Positions 34,698 to 45,834 of a stretch of 47,405 bases of DNA are shown here, in pieces. Within the stretch, counting starts at the first letter, position 1. Every line of letters starts with the position of its first letter. The DNA is taken from positions 682,693 to 730,097 of the forward strand of contig NW_008246073.1 in NCBI RefSeq assembly GCF_000281045.1. Direction: 5' to 3'. The notes under the pieces are model-generated. The model saw only the letters and a program-made list of their open reading frames with translations, was not told the origin of the DNA and made no database searches. Source of the stretch: Saprolegnia diclina VS20 (taxonomy: Eukaryota). The position numbers and the translations under genes were made by a program.

Positions 34698-35146
34698 CGT
34701 GTCAACAATGGCTGTGCGACGGCCAATCACGGCGCAGTCCTCCGGATAACAACAGACTAAAAACACCCTGTTTCTCGTCCTCCACCATGCACTTCAACCT
34801 TGCCCACGCACGCAATAATGCGCTTCAACAGCGCGCACGTGAGCTAGCATTCCACGCTATAGCCTAAATCATCGTCGAATGGATCTCGTGGTAGCACGAG
34901 TTGTCGAGAAGCGCATCGATTTCCTCCGCGACGTGGAGGTCCTGCGACAACGCGCCTGCAAAACTGCGATCGAGAGGGCATGTAACACACAACATTACCT
35001 GTTCAGCACCACAGCTCGCACATCGTGGTACGAGAAGAGTCATCTTGACTCGATCCCACATAGGCGTTGCTCTCGTGGGCGATGTGCGCCAGAGCCAAAG
35101 ACGCCGATCTAAAGTTGCGTGTTCGTAGACTTGATTGATACGGCGT

Positions 35147-35163
35147 GTGATTGGCGGATTGGG
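35147..35163. promoter_or_regulatory. Tandem reverse CCAAT boxes upstream of TAF12
   Basis: GTGATTGGCGGATTGGG, about 80-100 nt before the ATG at 35245, followed by a T-rich leader. Confidence 0.45.
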
Positions 35164-35244
35164 ACGAGCGACCGGGCGTGTATCCGGATTTGGATTTTTA
35201 TTTGCGCTTTATTTTTTTGCATTTTTTTGTATTTTATTGCGACC

Positions 35245-35631
35245 ATGTCCCGCAAGGTCCACAACGCGGTGGCCCATGCGCTCAACCCGAACGAGTCGCT
35301 GCAGAAGATCCTCGCTGAGGTCGAGCCGCGCTTCGTGCTGCAGCCGGGCGTCGAGGAGCTGCTGCTGGACATGGCCTCGGACTTTGTCGCGAGCGTGACC
35401 GAGGCCAGCGGCCGCCTCGCCAAGCACCGCCGGTCCACGCACGTCGAGGGCAAGGACGTCCAGCTCGTGCTCGACAAGAACTATGGCATCTCGGTCGCGG
35501 CCAAGAAGAAGCTCCACGTGCTGTCGCAGAAGGCCAAGCCGGCCAAGACGTCGGTGCACACGCACCGCATTGCGATGAAGCGCAAGGTCCTCGCTGCGCT
35601 CCAGACGCAGCGCAAGAAGGCCAAGCACTAA
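35245..35631 (+). CDS. TAF12: TFIID subunit 12 (histone-fold), 128 aa
   Basis: LQKILAEVEP...VEELLLDMASDFVASV...RLAKHRRSTHVEGKDVQLVLDKNYGISV, followed by H..RIA. Confidence 0.9.
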   Translation: MSRKVHNAVAHALNPNESLQKILAEVEPRFVLQPGVEELLLDMASDFVASVTEASGRLAKHRRSTHVEGKDVQLVLDKNYGISVAAKKKLHVLSQKAKPAKTSVHTHRIAMKRKVLAALQTQRKKAKH

Positions 35632-35715
35632 TCCATCATGCATCTCCTCCTCTCCTTCATCCTCGTCTCGCATCCCGTTGCCGACCTCCGCACTTTGAAA
35701 CACACAAACACGATT

Positions 35716-37971
35716 TTAGATTAGGTGGGCCGTATTGAGCTGGTGCATGTGATGCATGTAGTCGGCGTTCACTTGCTGAAGCGTCTGCTGCGCATGATGC
35801 GGGCCCGGGTGGTACACGACCTCCATGCCATGGTGGTGGTTTGGCATGCCGAGCGTGCCCATGGCCATGGCCGACATCATTTCTTGGTCGTCGTCCAAGC
35901 ACGACGCGATCGCCGCCGTCTCGTTGCTCGGGCTCTTCTTCTTCCGGGGTTTCTTAACCGCTTTGGTTTTCACCTCGGCCAGCACGGGCAGCAGCGTCTC
36001 GTCCTTTGCAAGGTCGTTCTCGAGCGGGATCTCAATCCGCATCTTGTGGAACACCATGGCGTACGTACTCGCCTTGTAGATCGGGTCGAACGCGTTGACG
36101 ACGAGGCCCTCGCGGCCAAAGTGGCGCGCGGCCGCGATAAAGTGCCGGCACGGAATGCCCACTTGGAGCATGAGCCCGCACGAGCACGAGAGGTCCGAGA
36201 GGTGCACGCGGTGCGTCACTTTGGGGCGCGACCCCGTCTTCCACACGAACGCCAACGTCTCGTCGCACGGCCGCGTCGTGAAGCCAAGGGCTTCGTGCAT
36301 CTCGCACGCATACAGCTCTTGCGCGCCGGGCGTCAAGACTGCGTTCTCGGTCGCGAGCTTGGCGGCGGTCTGGCTCTTTTGGAAGACGTTGTCCATGAGG
36401 CGCGCGAGGTAGCTGTAGAGGATATCGAACGGCGCCTCGTCGACGCTTTCGCTGCTTGGACCGTGGAGCTCCGAGTTGAACGACGTGGTCGACCACTGGT
36501 AGAGTTTTGTGTGGCGGTTTGCGTGCATCGCCCAATGCAGCGGGTTCTGGCTCCGCAAGAAGAGTGCAGCCGCGGGGTTGACGCTCTCGAGCTGCGAGAG
36601 CGCGGCCTGGAAACCTTGCTCGGTCTCTTGCCGATGCAAATCCCAAATCAGGAGCTCGACGGCGCCGAGCTTGGCGATGTGCTTGTCGTTGCCCATGCAC
36701 TCGAAGAGGCTGCTCATGCAGTACTGGACCTTGGCGCCCGTCGCTTCGATCGCGTCGGCAATCCCTGCGTGTGTGATGGGCACAAAGATCGGCAAGTGCG
36801 CCAGCGAAATGCCTTGCTGAATCCGCTGCAGAAACCACGATGCGTGCTCGAGAGTCGGCGCCGGGACAAGCCCGACCGCGAGCACGTGCGACTGGAGGTT
36901 CCCGTCGCGGCCAAGCAAAAGCAGCATCGCGCCGCTGTACTCGGGCCGACAGAAGGGCACGACGTCGATCCCGAGGATGCGCTGGAGCGCCGGCATGGCC
37001 TGCAGCGACGCGTGCGGCATGACAAACGCGCGGACAAAGTGGTGGTCACCGTCGCGGTCGTAGTCGGCGATCGAGCCCGGGTTCTTGGCGACAAACATGG
37101 TCAAGAGCGAGGGCAGGAACTTGTACGACTCGACCACATCGTCTTTCGAGTGCACGACGATCATCTGCTTGGCGCGGTACGCTAGCCGCAGCGGGATCTT
37201 GATGCCATCTTCGGTCGACGAGAGGAACTCGTCGGTGAGGAGTTTCCCGTGCTGCTTGCCGTGGGTCACGACGGCTTGGCGGAACGACGCCATCTCGGCG
37301 AGCTGCCGCGCCGACGGCTGCGCGACGCCCGTGCACGCCGGCGCGTGCGTGAGGTTCATGGACGAGATCTTCCAGCTCTCGGTCTTGGGCGCTTTGAGGA
37401 GGCGCACGTACCAGTCGCAGGCCTCGGACGAGCAGACGTACTTTTTGTTGCGCCCGCCGCTGGTCTTCTTGTCCATGCGCGCCCGCTTCTTTTGCACAAA
37501 GAACGCATAGTCGTTCACGGACCGCGACGCGTCCTTTGCGCTAAACCAGCGCATCTCGTGCGTAAGCGCAAACGTCGGGCGGCCGCCGAGCGCGTCGGCG
37601 TGCGCAATCATGGGCGTCGTCGCGCCGGGCAACGACGGCTTCTTGGGCGCAAAGCTCGGCGTCATCATGGGCACAAACGGCGCCGGCGGCGCGACCGCGT
37701 CGACGTCGATCGCTTTCTTCTGGCGGGTCAGATCGCAGCTCGACGAGTGCAGCGGGTCGAGAACGACAAACTTCCAGGCGTCGCCGTGCGGCAGAATGTC
37801 CATCTTCCAGTTGCAGAAGCGCGCGCGCTGGCGGCAGACGAGGCGCTTCGCATGCGCCTGCTTGAAGGTCCGGTCGACCATGACCTCGGTCGATGGGAAC
37901 TTGGCCGACGCATACTCCTTGGCGGCCTTGGTCGCCGCGGCGAGGCTTGGATAAGTCCGGTCAGCATCCAT
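35716..37971 (-). CDS. MULE/Mutator transposase-derived SWIM zinc-finger protein, probably domesticated
   Basis: Two N-terminal C..C..W..H..C WRKY/GCM-like modules. MULE-like core KNPGS..FVRAF..ILGID..LLLGRDGN..LAVGLV..WFL. SWIM motif CSCG..GIPCRH. Intact ORF, no TIRs seen. Confidence 0.85.
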   Translation of the reverse strand: MDADRTYPSLAAATKAAKEYASAKFPSTEVMVDRTFKQAHAKRLVCRQRARFCNWKMDILPHGDAWKFVVLDPLHSSSCDLTRQKKAIDVDAVAPPAPFVPMMTPSFAPKKPSLPGATTPMIAHADALGGRPTFALTHEMRWFSAKDASRSVNDYAFFVQKKRARMDKKTSGGRNKKYVCSSEACDWYVRLLKAPKTESWKISSMNLTHAPACTGVAQPSARQLAEMASFRQAVVTHGKQHGKLLTDEFLSSTEDGIKIPLRLAYRAKQMIVVHSKDDVVESYKFLPSLLTMFVAKNPGSIADYDRDGDHHFVRAFVMPHASLQAMPALQRILGIDVVPFCRPEYSGAMLLLLGRDGNLQSHVLAVGLVPAPTLEHASWFLQRIQQGISLAHLPIFVPITHAGIADAIEATGAKVQYCMSSLFECMGNDKHIAKLGAVELLIWDLHRQETEQGFQAALSQLESVNPAAALFLRSQNPLHWAMHANRHTKLYQWSTTSFNSELHGPSSESVDEAPFDILYSYLARLMDNVFQKSQTAAKLATENAVLTPGAQELYACEMHEALGFTTRPCDETLAFVWKTGSRPKVTHRVHLSDLSCSCGLMLQVGIPCRHFIAAARHFGREGLVVNAFDPIYKASTYAMVFHKMRIEIPLENDLAKDETLLPVLAEVKTKAVKKPRKKKSPSNETAAIASCLDDDQEMMSAMAMGTLGMPNHHHGMEVVYHPGPHHAQQTLQQVNADYMHHMHQLNTAHLI

Positions 37972-38227
37972 GCAGAACCCCCTCTTTTGACGCAAACCCA
38001 CGAGTGAATGGAAGTCGGGCCCCCTTTTTGAACAAATTGGCCACCTCTTCAACTTATAAATATCAACTGTTAGAGGTTGACGCAGATGGCGATCTTCAAC
38101 CGGCGCCGATGGCAGGCGGCGCGTTGCTCGGGCCAAGCGCCGACCCTTGCGTCGAAGACCAGCATGACCTTCGATAGCCCTTATCAGTTAATACATTCGA
38201 GTGCACACTATGAGAATACTCCAGAGA

Positions 38228-40047
38228 TGGTCGATCGACGCGTGGTCCAGTTGTGGGACCGTTTTCGATATTTCGAAAAGGTCATCGTTCATGCCAACCA
38301 AGCAGCGACCGTTGTCCGCAGGCGGCAGTCGCCCTAGCAGCACGCGCAGCCACGGCTCGCCGCGCGAGCGCCGCCTCTCGTCCGTCGCTTATGCGTCGGC
38401 GTGGCCCACGACGTTTCACGAAGGTGTCACCGTCCGGTACATTCATGCATCCTTCTGCAGCTGGCTCGACTCCTCGACTTGACATAGCGCATACTCGCCC
38501 GACTTTCGCGCACTCCTTCGCCGATCGCCGCAGCTTCCCAATGAATCGTCGCCGCTGCTCCTTACGCCACGGGACGTTGGCGACTGCAGTAGCTTTTGGG
38601 GTGCGACGCTCAACGTCATCAACGTGCTCATGGGCGTCGGCGTGCTCTCGCTACCCTACTCGATGCGCGTCGCGGGGCTCACGCTCGGCCTTGGTCTTTT
38701 ACTTGGCATGGGCATTATTGCCAATCTGACGGGCCACCTCCTCGGCGCGTGCTTGGCGTCGGACGCACGCCTTCGTGTACATACTAACTATCATCTCGCC
38801 AGTACGCCCGACCATGATGGCGTATGGACTAGTCGTACCCGGACATTGTCAACGCTGCGTTTGGTCTATGGGGCCGTCGCGTCGTGTCGATGATCTGCTT
38901 TGTCGAGCTCTTCATTGCGTGCACCATGTTTCTCATTCTCGGTCACTCGTCTTGCGATCTTCTTTGGCAACTAACGTTATGCGTAGTCACCGACAGCCTG
39001 CACATGCTCTTTCCGGCCATGGCGCCGTCGGCGCTCTTGGTGATCGTCTGTGCATGCATTTTGCCGTCGACGTGGCTGCTCAACTTGGCCGTCCTCTCGA
39101 CCGCAAGCCTCCTCGGCGTGCTCTCGTCGCTTGCGCTCCTCCTCCTTCTGCTCAACGTCGGCCTCACGACGCCTCCTGGCGAGCTCGGCAGTATCTACCG
39201 CGACGCGCCAACGCGCTGGGTTGCCGACGACGACGCGTGGGCGCTGAGCATTGGGCTCACCCTCGTAGGACTTGAGATTTCGATGCAATTCGCATCATGA
39301 TGTAGGTCGGGTTTGCTGGCCACGCCGTCTTTCCGTCCATTTACTCGACGATGGACGACCCAGCGCAGTACAGCAGCGTTCTCAACGTCGCGTACACTGT
39401 GATTGGCGCCGTCTACGCAGCTGTCGCCGTTGCGGGCTACGTCATGTACGGCGATGCCACCGAGAAAGAGGTTGAGCGCTCTGTGTCACTGACATAAGTC
39501 TCGAAGACGACCGTAGATTACGCTGAGTCTCTTGACGCACAACCCGGGCGGCGCGGCGAACGCCGTCATGTGGATGATCGCGCTGAACCCGTGCACCAAG
39601 TTTGCCATGTACCTTGCTTGCTGCAAACGAGTGAACAAAGTACTATGGAGTTGTAGCGTACTGCACCCTATCGCACTCTCGCTCGAAGAGCTTCTCGCGC
39701 CGTTAACGCACGCGGTGTCGCCACGAACGCGGTATCTCCAGCGCTGCAGTGTTCGCACGGCGTTGGCGCTCTGCATCGCCATTACCGCGCTCCTGGTCCC
39801 CAACTTTGTCCAGATGACGTCGCTTCTAGGTATATCAACTACACGTTAGTCGCTCGCTATCGCAATGCTAGGGGCGGTGTTTGCGATGGCCGTCGTCGTC
39901 GTCATTCCGTGCGCTTGCTACCTCAAGCTCTTTTACAGCATGCTGCACTGGAGCTCGGTGCTGGGTCTTCTGAGCCTCGTCGCGATCAGCTGTGCACTCG
40001 GATTCGTCGGCGCCTTGGCCGCTGGACGGCACCCGTCGACGAGCTAA
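38228..40047 (+). CDS. Amino acid transporter (AAAP family, AVT1/VIAAT-like); multi-exon, start uncertain
   Basis: NVINVLMGVGVLSLPYS..AG, SYPDI..AAFG, FAGHAVFPSIYSTM, GYVMYG, NPCTKFA, VPNF..SLLGA and IPCACYLK. Short GT..TAG introns. Confidence 0.88.
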
Positions 40048-40325
40048 GCGAACCTTCCGCTACCTCGACTACGGTGTTGACAGCGCCAAAGACAAACCCA
40101 TTTTCTGGCCTCTGGCTGGAGCCAACCAAAGAGCGAAGCTGTTCCCTTCTCATAAGCGCATCTAGTAGTTGATATCTGGAGGATGTTGAGTTGATACCGA
40201 GGGGTATCGTAGTGGCACTGGGTCACGTTGCTGGTTGATCGACATGGGATGAATCCGGAATTCACAACTGAGAATTTACGCTGACAGCACTGGACGCGAT
40301 AGCTTTTTACATCGGATTCTATAAC

Positions 40326-43300
40326 CTAACTCTCCATGCTCACATTCCAAATACGCACCGTGCCGTCCCAGGACGACGACACGAGGTTGGGGCCGACGCT
40401 GTCGCGCACGCCGAGGCCCGTGATGCCCGAGACGTGGCCTTCGAGCACTTGGTTGCACGCGCCCGTGTGCGTGTTCCACACTCGAAGCGACCCGTCTTCG
40501 CTGCCGGAAATGACTTTGGTAAAGTCGCGCTGAAGCACCGTGACGCGCCCCGTGTGCCCCGAGAGCTCGAGCCGCGCGCCCCGGCCCGTTGCGCGGAGAT
40601 CCCACACCTTGACTGTGCCGTCGGCCGACCCCGAGCAAATGGTCGGATCGGCGGGTCCCCCGAGCGCGATGCAGGTCACGGGCGCGCTGTGCCCCAAGAG
40701 CACGTGCGTGCAGCTCTGGCCAGATCGGAAGCGGACGTCCCAGACCTTGAGCGTCCGGTCGTTCGCGGCGCTCACGAGCCTATCGCCGGCCAATTGAAGG
40801 TCCGTGAGGCCGCCGCGGTGCGCGGCAAAGTGCGCCTTCTTGCGACCCGCGGCCGCGTCCCACACGTCCACGTCGCCGCTTGCGTCGCCAGAGACGAGCG
40901 TCGTCGAGCCGGTAAGAAACTTGAGACACGCAATGGGCGCCGAGTGCGACAGATGCGCGCTCGATGCGTCCTTGCTGGAGTCCCAAATGCGAATCGACTT
41001 GTCCAAGGCGCCGGACGCGAGGCAATAGCGCGACGTCCCGAGCTGCCGTCCAACGTCGAGCGCTGCAATTGGCATCGTATGGCCCTTGAGCGTCTTTGGC
41101 CGGTACTCGTCAAACGGACTCGGGGTTGCAATCAACGCGTCGGTCGTCGGCGACAGAAAGCGAAAGAGCGACGGCTTGCGAGACAATGACGACGACGGCG
41201 ACGACGTGTGCAGATCCCACACACGCAAGGTGCCGTCCAGCGAGCCCGAGATGACCATATCGCCTCGGACTTGGACGTTTGTGAGCGCTCCGACATGCCC
41301 TTGCAAGCGCGTGTTCGTGGCGGCCGAGTGCACGGCGACCGTCGAATCCAAGCATCCGGCCGCGATACGATCGCGGTACACACTGAGGCAGAGCACAGGA
41401 CTCTGCGTCTGGAGCAATATCGTGTTTGGGTCGTTCTCGTTTTCGTCGTTCGACTCGGGCGGCAGCGACGACTTGGACGACGACGCGAGTGTTGTTGTGG
41501 AAATCCGCCGACGAATGACGCTGTCGAGCTCGTAGTTGGCGTCCGTCGAGGACGGCGCGAGCGCCCACGACGCATGGGCCGTCGATGACGCGACGCTGTC
41601 ACTCGAGAGCACGATCGCGCGGTGGAGGTTCTCGACCAGCTGCGACAATGTGTCTTGGACTTCTTTGCCGCGGTTGTACGTCGAGCACATGCCAGCGACG
41701 AAGAGTTGAACCTTCCCGAGCGCATTGTCCAAGTTGAGCATGTCGTAGACCAGCGAGCCCATCTGCGAGAAGAACATGTCGTCCGAAATGTCGGCCGTCG
41801 CGTCCGTGTGGGGCTCGATGGTCTCCGACTTGAGCGCAGCTTCAATGTCGCGACTAGACCCAGGTGCAAATCAACTTGTAGCAAGTTGAAAATGCAAAAT
41901 ATACCTCAAGGCGTGGTGCCACATGTCCAAGGACCGACAAATCGGCTGCGCTTTGAGGGATTTCTGGAGGTACTCGCGCGGTGCTGCTTGTGCCATGAGA
42001 CAAAATTCCCACTGACTGACGAGAACGTACCGCCAAAGCCAGGCACGCGCGGCGGCTTGGACGCCACTCCATCGTCGACGAGCCGATAAAACTGTGCCGA
42101 GACTTGAAGAAGACCCCTTGCGTTGGTGTAGTCTTCGTGGATTTCGCAATCTTGGAGGACCTGGGTGGCCAGCGTCACGAGGAGCTTGAAGCCGGCGTCG
42201 CCGAGGCAGCTACCGGACCCGCGCGGGTTGTACACGCCGGACGCTTGCTCGGACCGGTGGTGCGGCTGCATCAAAATAAGAACAAAGAGCTCCCGCGCGT
42301 ACGGCGCTTTGAACGACCGCTGGCATGCCCGGCACTCGTCGTCCGAGAGCAATTCCGACGAAAAGACCGACACGAGGCACTTGTGGATGCTCTCCTGGAC
42401 CGTCTCCTCTTCGGACGAGAGCTCGCGCGTCGACGTCGGGGCGTGCGACGGTGGCGCAAAGTGGGAGAAATGGTCCATGATCTTTGTCCAGTTGGCCTCA
42501 AAGAGCGACCGGTCGATGTTGAGTGTATCGGCAATCTTCTCGTATGTCCAGACATTCGAACTGCTCCGTGGTGTACCCAGCGCAGGCTTGAGCTTGAGCT
42601 GCTCGAGAATACTTAAGTCGGAGGCTTGGATGCTGCTGGTGACGTCGCGCATCGTCCACGTCTCGTTGTCCCGCGGCGGATACAGCGACACGTGCAGCAG
42701 CGGTGTCTCGGGCACCGGTGTCGGTGTCGATGACGCCGGTTCGTCAAGCCATGTGATCTCGTCGGTTTGGCTCAGCGTCAAATAAATAGCGTGGAAAGCG
42801 TGGAGCCGGCTACCACTGTGGTTTTCCAAAAACGACTCGAACGCCTACGCTGCCGTGTTGAGATGGAATCGCCAACCACCAAGTCGAACCTGCGTGCTCA
42901 AAAGGCGCGTCACAAACGGTGTGCGCTCGGGTGAGACCGTCGTCGTCAAGAACCGCCGCTTGTTGAACACTGGGAAGCTCGAGTCGACAAAAAAGAGGCA
43001 GTCCCGGTACCTACAAGCATATCATCAGCAACCTCATACCTACATAGAGCACAAGAAACCCTTGGATCATCGAGGTGAGGTAGCACGCAAAGCTGAGACG
43101 CACTCGGTGCTCGAGGCTCGCATTCCATAGCGGCGCCGACACCAAGGGCTTGAGGCGGCGGTACAAGGCCTTTGTGAGCGTCGCCGGCAGCGGCGGCAAA
43201 CTCGCTTCGTGGCTAATGTTGAGCGTGCCGCGGTCAACATCGACGAGGACGAGGTTGTCGGGTCGCCCCGACTCGAAGAGCCCCGGAAGCCACGACGTCT

Positions 43301-45013
43301 GGACGCCGAGAATGTAGGGCAGCGGCGCCTGGAGGTACTCGGAGAGGATACGCGGCAGCATCGGGACGTACGGATGTTGCCATCGAAACGGGTACAAGAG
43401 CGCCTTGAGGCTCTCGGTGACGGGGCAAAGGAGCGACAAATGGCTTGAATGCACGACGATGCGGTACTCGCAGAGCGCGAGGACGACGAGCCGGATCGCT
43501 GTGTGCAGAGAAAAGACGCGAAAGAACGTCTCGAGCGAGTAGAGCGCGGGCGGCAGCGCGTACTTGAGGCCATGCATGTCGGCGTGTCGGAGCGAGAACG
43601 CCACGGGCGCCCCCGGCACGATCGCAACCGCAACGTCCAAGAGCGCAGCGACGGGTAGCGGGAGGCGGCGCGTGAGCTGGTCGACAACGTGGCCACCGAG
43701 GCGAGCGATCGTCGGGTCCGGATTCAAGTAAACACTCACGAGCTGGAGGAGGGACATGTGGAGCGACGGGAGGAGCGGGAGGCGGCTCAAGAAGCAAACG
43801 CACGTCGGCTCCCACTGCCGCGCGCCGTTCGACGTCGGTGGCACGCCCATCTTGATGTGGTGCACGATGACGCACACGCCGTAACAGCGCGAGAGCCCGT
43901 CTTGGCCGCCAATGAGCGCAAACGAAAAGACAGTAGCCGGCGGCTTGGTCGTCGACCGCGCCACTTCGTAGCCGCCAGGAAAGCAAAACCACTCGATCTT
44001 TGTCGGCAGCGGAAAGTCCTTCCGGTCGTCTTTGGGCGACCGCGAGAGCACGACGTGTTCGTCGTTGGCATCCGGCCCGACAAAGAGCACATAGTCGACG
44101 ATGCCTGTGGGAAGCACATGGTCTTGGGTCGGCTGGGGCGACTCGACGAATGGCGGGCTCTCTTCCGGCTCGGCAGCATTGCTCTTGGCGCGTTGACGGT
44201 CGTTGATGGGCGAGTGCATCGCTGGCAGTGATGAGAGCGCCGGCGAAAACTTGAGCGCAACGCGAACCGCGGCCCGAGACCCAGAGAACGAGTACCACTG
44301 CTCGATCTCGTCGTGCTCGGGAAGGCGCGAGAGCGGAATGCACACTAATTGTAGACGAAGCGGAAGGCTCGTGTGTCGTCGGTCGTGAGAGGGTGGTACC
44401 TTTGCCAAAGCACGCGGGATGGTCGTCCCAGGCATCGACCGCGATCGACTTGTGTGGCGTGCTCTTGAGTCGGTTGACGCCGTAGAGCATGAGCACGTCG
44501 TCGGACGACGCCGACTCGACGGCAAAGTCCTGTAAGAAGAAGGGTCAGGCACGGCCATGGCAGCGTGAGCGTACCTCGTGCCACGTGTCTTGCGCCGACA
44601 GGAGGCTGCTCGTCGTAAACTCGAGGACAGGGTCTTGGCCGATCTGAAGCACAATGCACACGCAAGCTGTCGACGCGACGCGGGCCTCGACTGGCCGCTT
44701 CATGCCCAGCGACGCCCGGCGGATCGACTTCATGATGCCCGTCGTGTTGGCCGCCGGCTCGGAGGGCGCCTCGAACGATGGCAGGCCAAAGTCGGAGCCT
44801 TCGAGCACTAGGAACATGCGGTGAGTGCTCGGAAGTATGGCGTGGCGTACCGCGGATCGTGAGGCGGCCATGAGCGCTGGACGTGGCGACGAGGGCCGAC
44901 TGCTTGGGTAGCGTCGGCGACGTGAGTACGCGCGGACTCTCGGCCTCGACGACCGGCAGGCTTCTCGACGTCGAGATGCGCAGACCCGTCTTCTCCATCT
45001 TCGTCGATGGCAT
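40326..45013 (-). CDS. C2-like + DENN (uDENN/cDENN/dDENN) + C-terminal WD40 protein, SCD1-like Rab GEF; multi-exon
   Basis: C2-like GRLTIRVLEG..QWY. DENN motifs IVDYVLFVG, FPLP..WFCFPGG, YGVC, CFLSRLP, LLYPFRWQHPYVPMLP..YLQAPLPYILG. WD40 repeats SGSLDGTLRVWD, DKSIRIWD, DRTLKVWD, DGTVKVWD, DGSLRVWN. Probable start MPSTKMEK at 45013. Confidence 0.82.
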
Positions 45014-45297
45014 CCACGGCGCCGACGACGTCCGACGTGACAGAGCTGAATATTTTTTTACATCCAACGTGAGAACCACGGCCAGCATACATTGTTCTTG
45101 ATATACAATAAAGCCGACTCGGAAATCGTTTCAGCCGGGTTCGTTTCATCATGCAGCATGCTCCCGAGGAAGCCATCTCCATCGAGGTAGACGACCGTCC
45201 ATGCGTGGTCGCTCGACGCCGAGGTAGACGATGCGGCAGCATGGAGGAAGAGGAGAGGCAAGACGATGCGACAGGGACGGGTCGCGTCTATTACACG

Positions 45298-45780
45298 CTA
45301 CGACATGCGCGAGTGGAGCTTGACGAGGCCCGACTCGTCGACGTCGGTCGGGATGATCTGCTTCTTGTACGCATACTCATCGGATGCGATCGCCTTGGTC
45401 GCGAGCTCCATGGCGTCGGCGACGTAGATGAGCCCGTCGCCCCGGACCTCAACAAGATGCGTCCGCTGCTTGACGCCCTTGCTCTTGAGGACGGGGTCGC
45501 CCCGCATGTTGGCCGCGTCGAGGCCCATGTAAAGACCTTCGCCGTTCTCGAGCGCGATCTTGTAGTTGTGCCATGGACACGAGATGGCGACCTTGCCGCC
45601 AATCTCTTCAATGTCGCCCGTGAGGAGTGGCCCGCCATGGTGGTAGCATGCTTGGTCGATGCAGTAGAGCACGTGCGCATGGTGGACGAGGAGGACGGTC
45701 CGGCCGGTCGGGAGCACGATGCACCTCCGGGCGCCGTTCGGGACGTCGGTGGCCGCGCAGACGGCGTGGTACTCGGCCAT
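45298..45780 (-). CDS. Soluble Rieske [2Fe-2S] domain protein (RFESD-like)
   Basis: Ligand boxes CYHHGGPL and CPWHNY, with GDIEEIGG, GEGLY and SKGVKQRTH. 160 aa, no TM segment. Confidence 0.9.
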   Translation of the reverse strand: MAEYHAVCAATDVPNGARRCIVLPTGRTVLLVHHAHVLYCIDQACYHHGGPLLTGDIEEIGGKVAISCPWHNYKIALENGEGLYMGLDAANMRGDPVLKSKGVKQRTHLVEVRGDGLIYVADAMELATKAIASDEYAYKKQIIPTDVDESGLVKLHSRMS

Positions 45781-45834
45781 GTGCGAGGTTCAACGCCAAA
45801 TTGCCACTGATTGTATTATAATACCCGTTGTTTG

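Noticed and set aside
11633..37971. Functional cluster of gene-expression machinery (eIF2D, TFIIIC, TAF12, MULE-derived factor)
   Set aside because: The genes are interspersed with unrelated ones and consistent with an ordinary housekeeping neighbourhood.
35632..38200. Active Mutator transposon
   Set aside because: No terminal inverted repeats or target-site duplication seen, host genes abut closely, and catalytic residues look eroded; treated as a domesticated gene.
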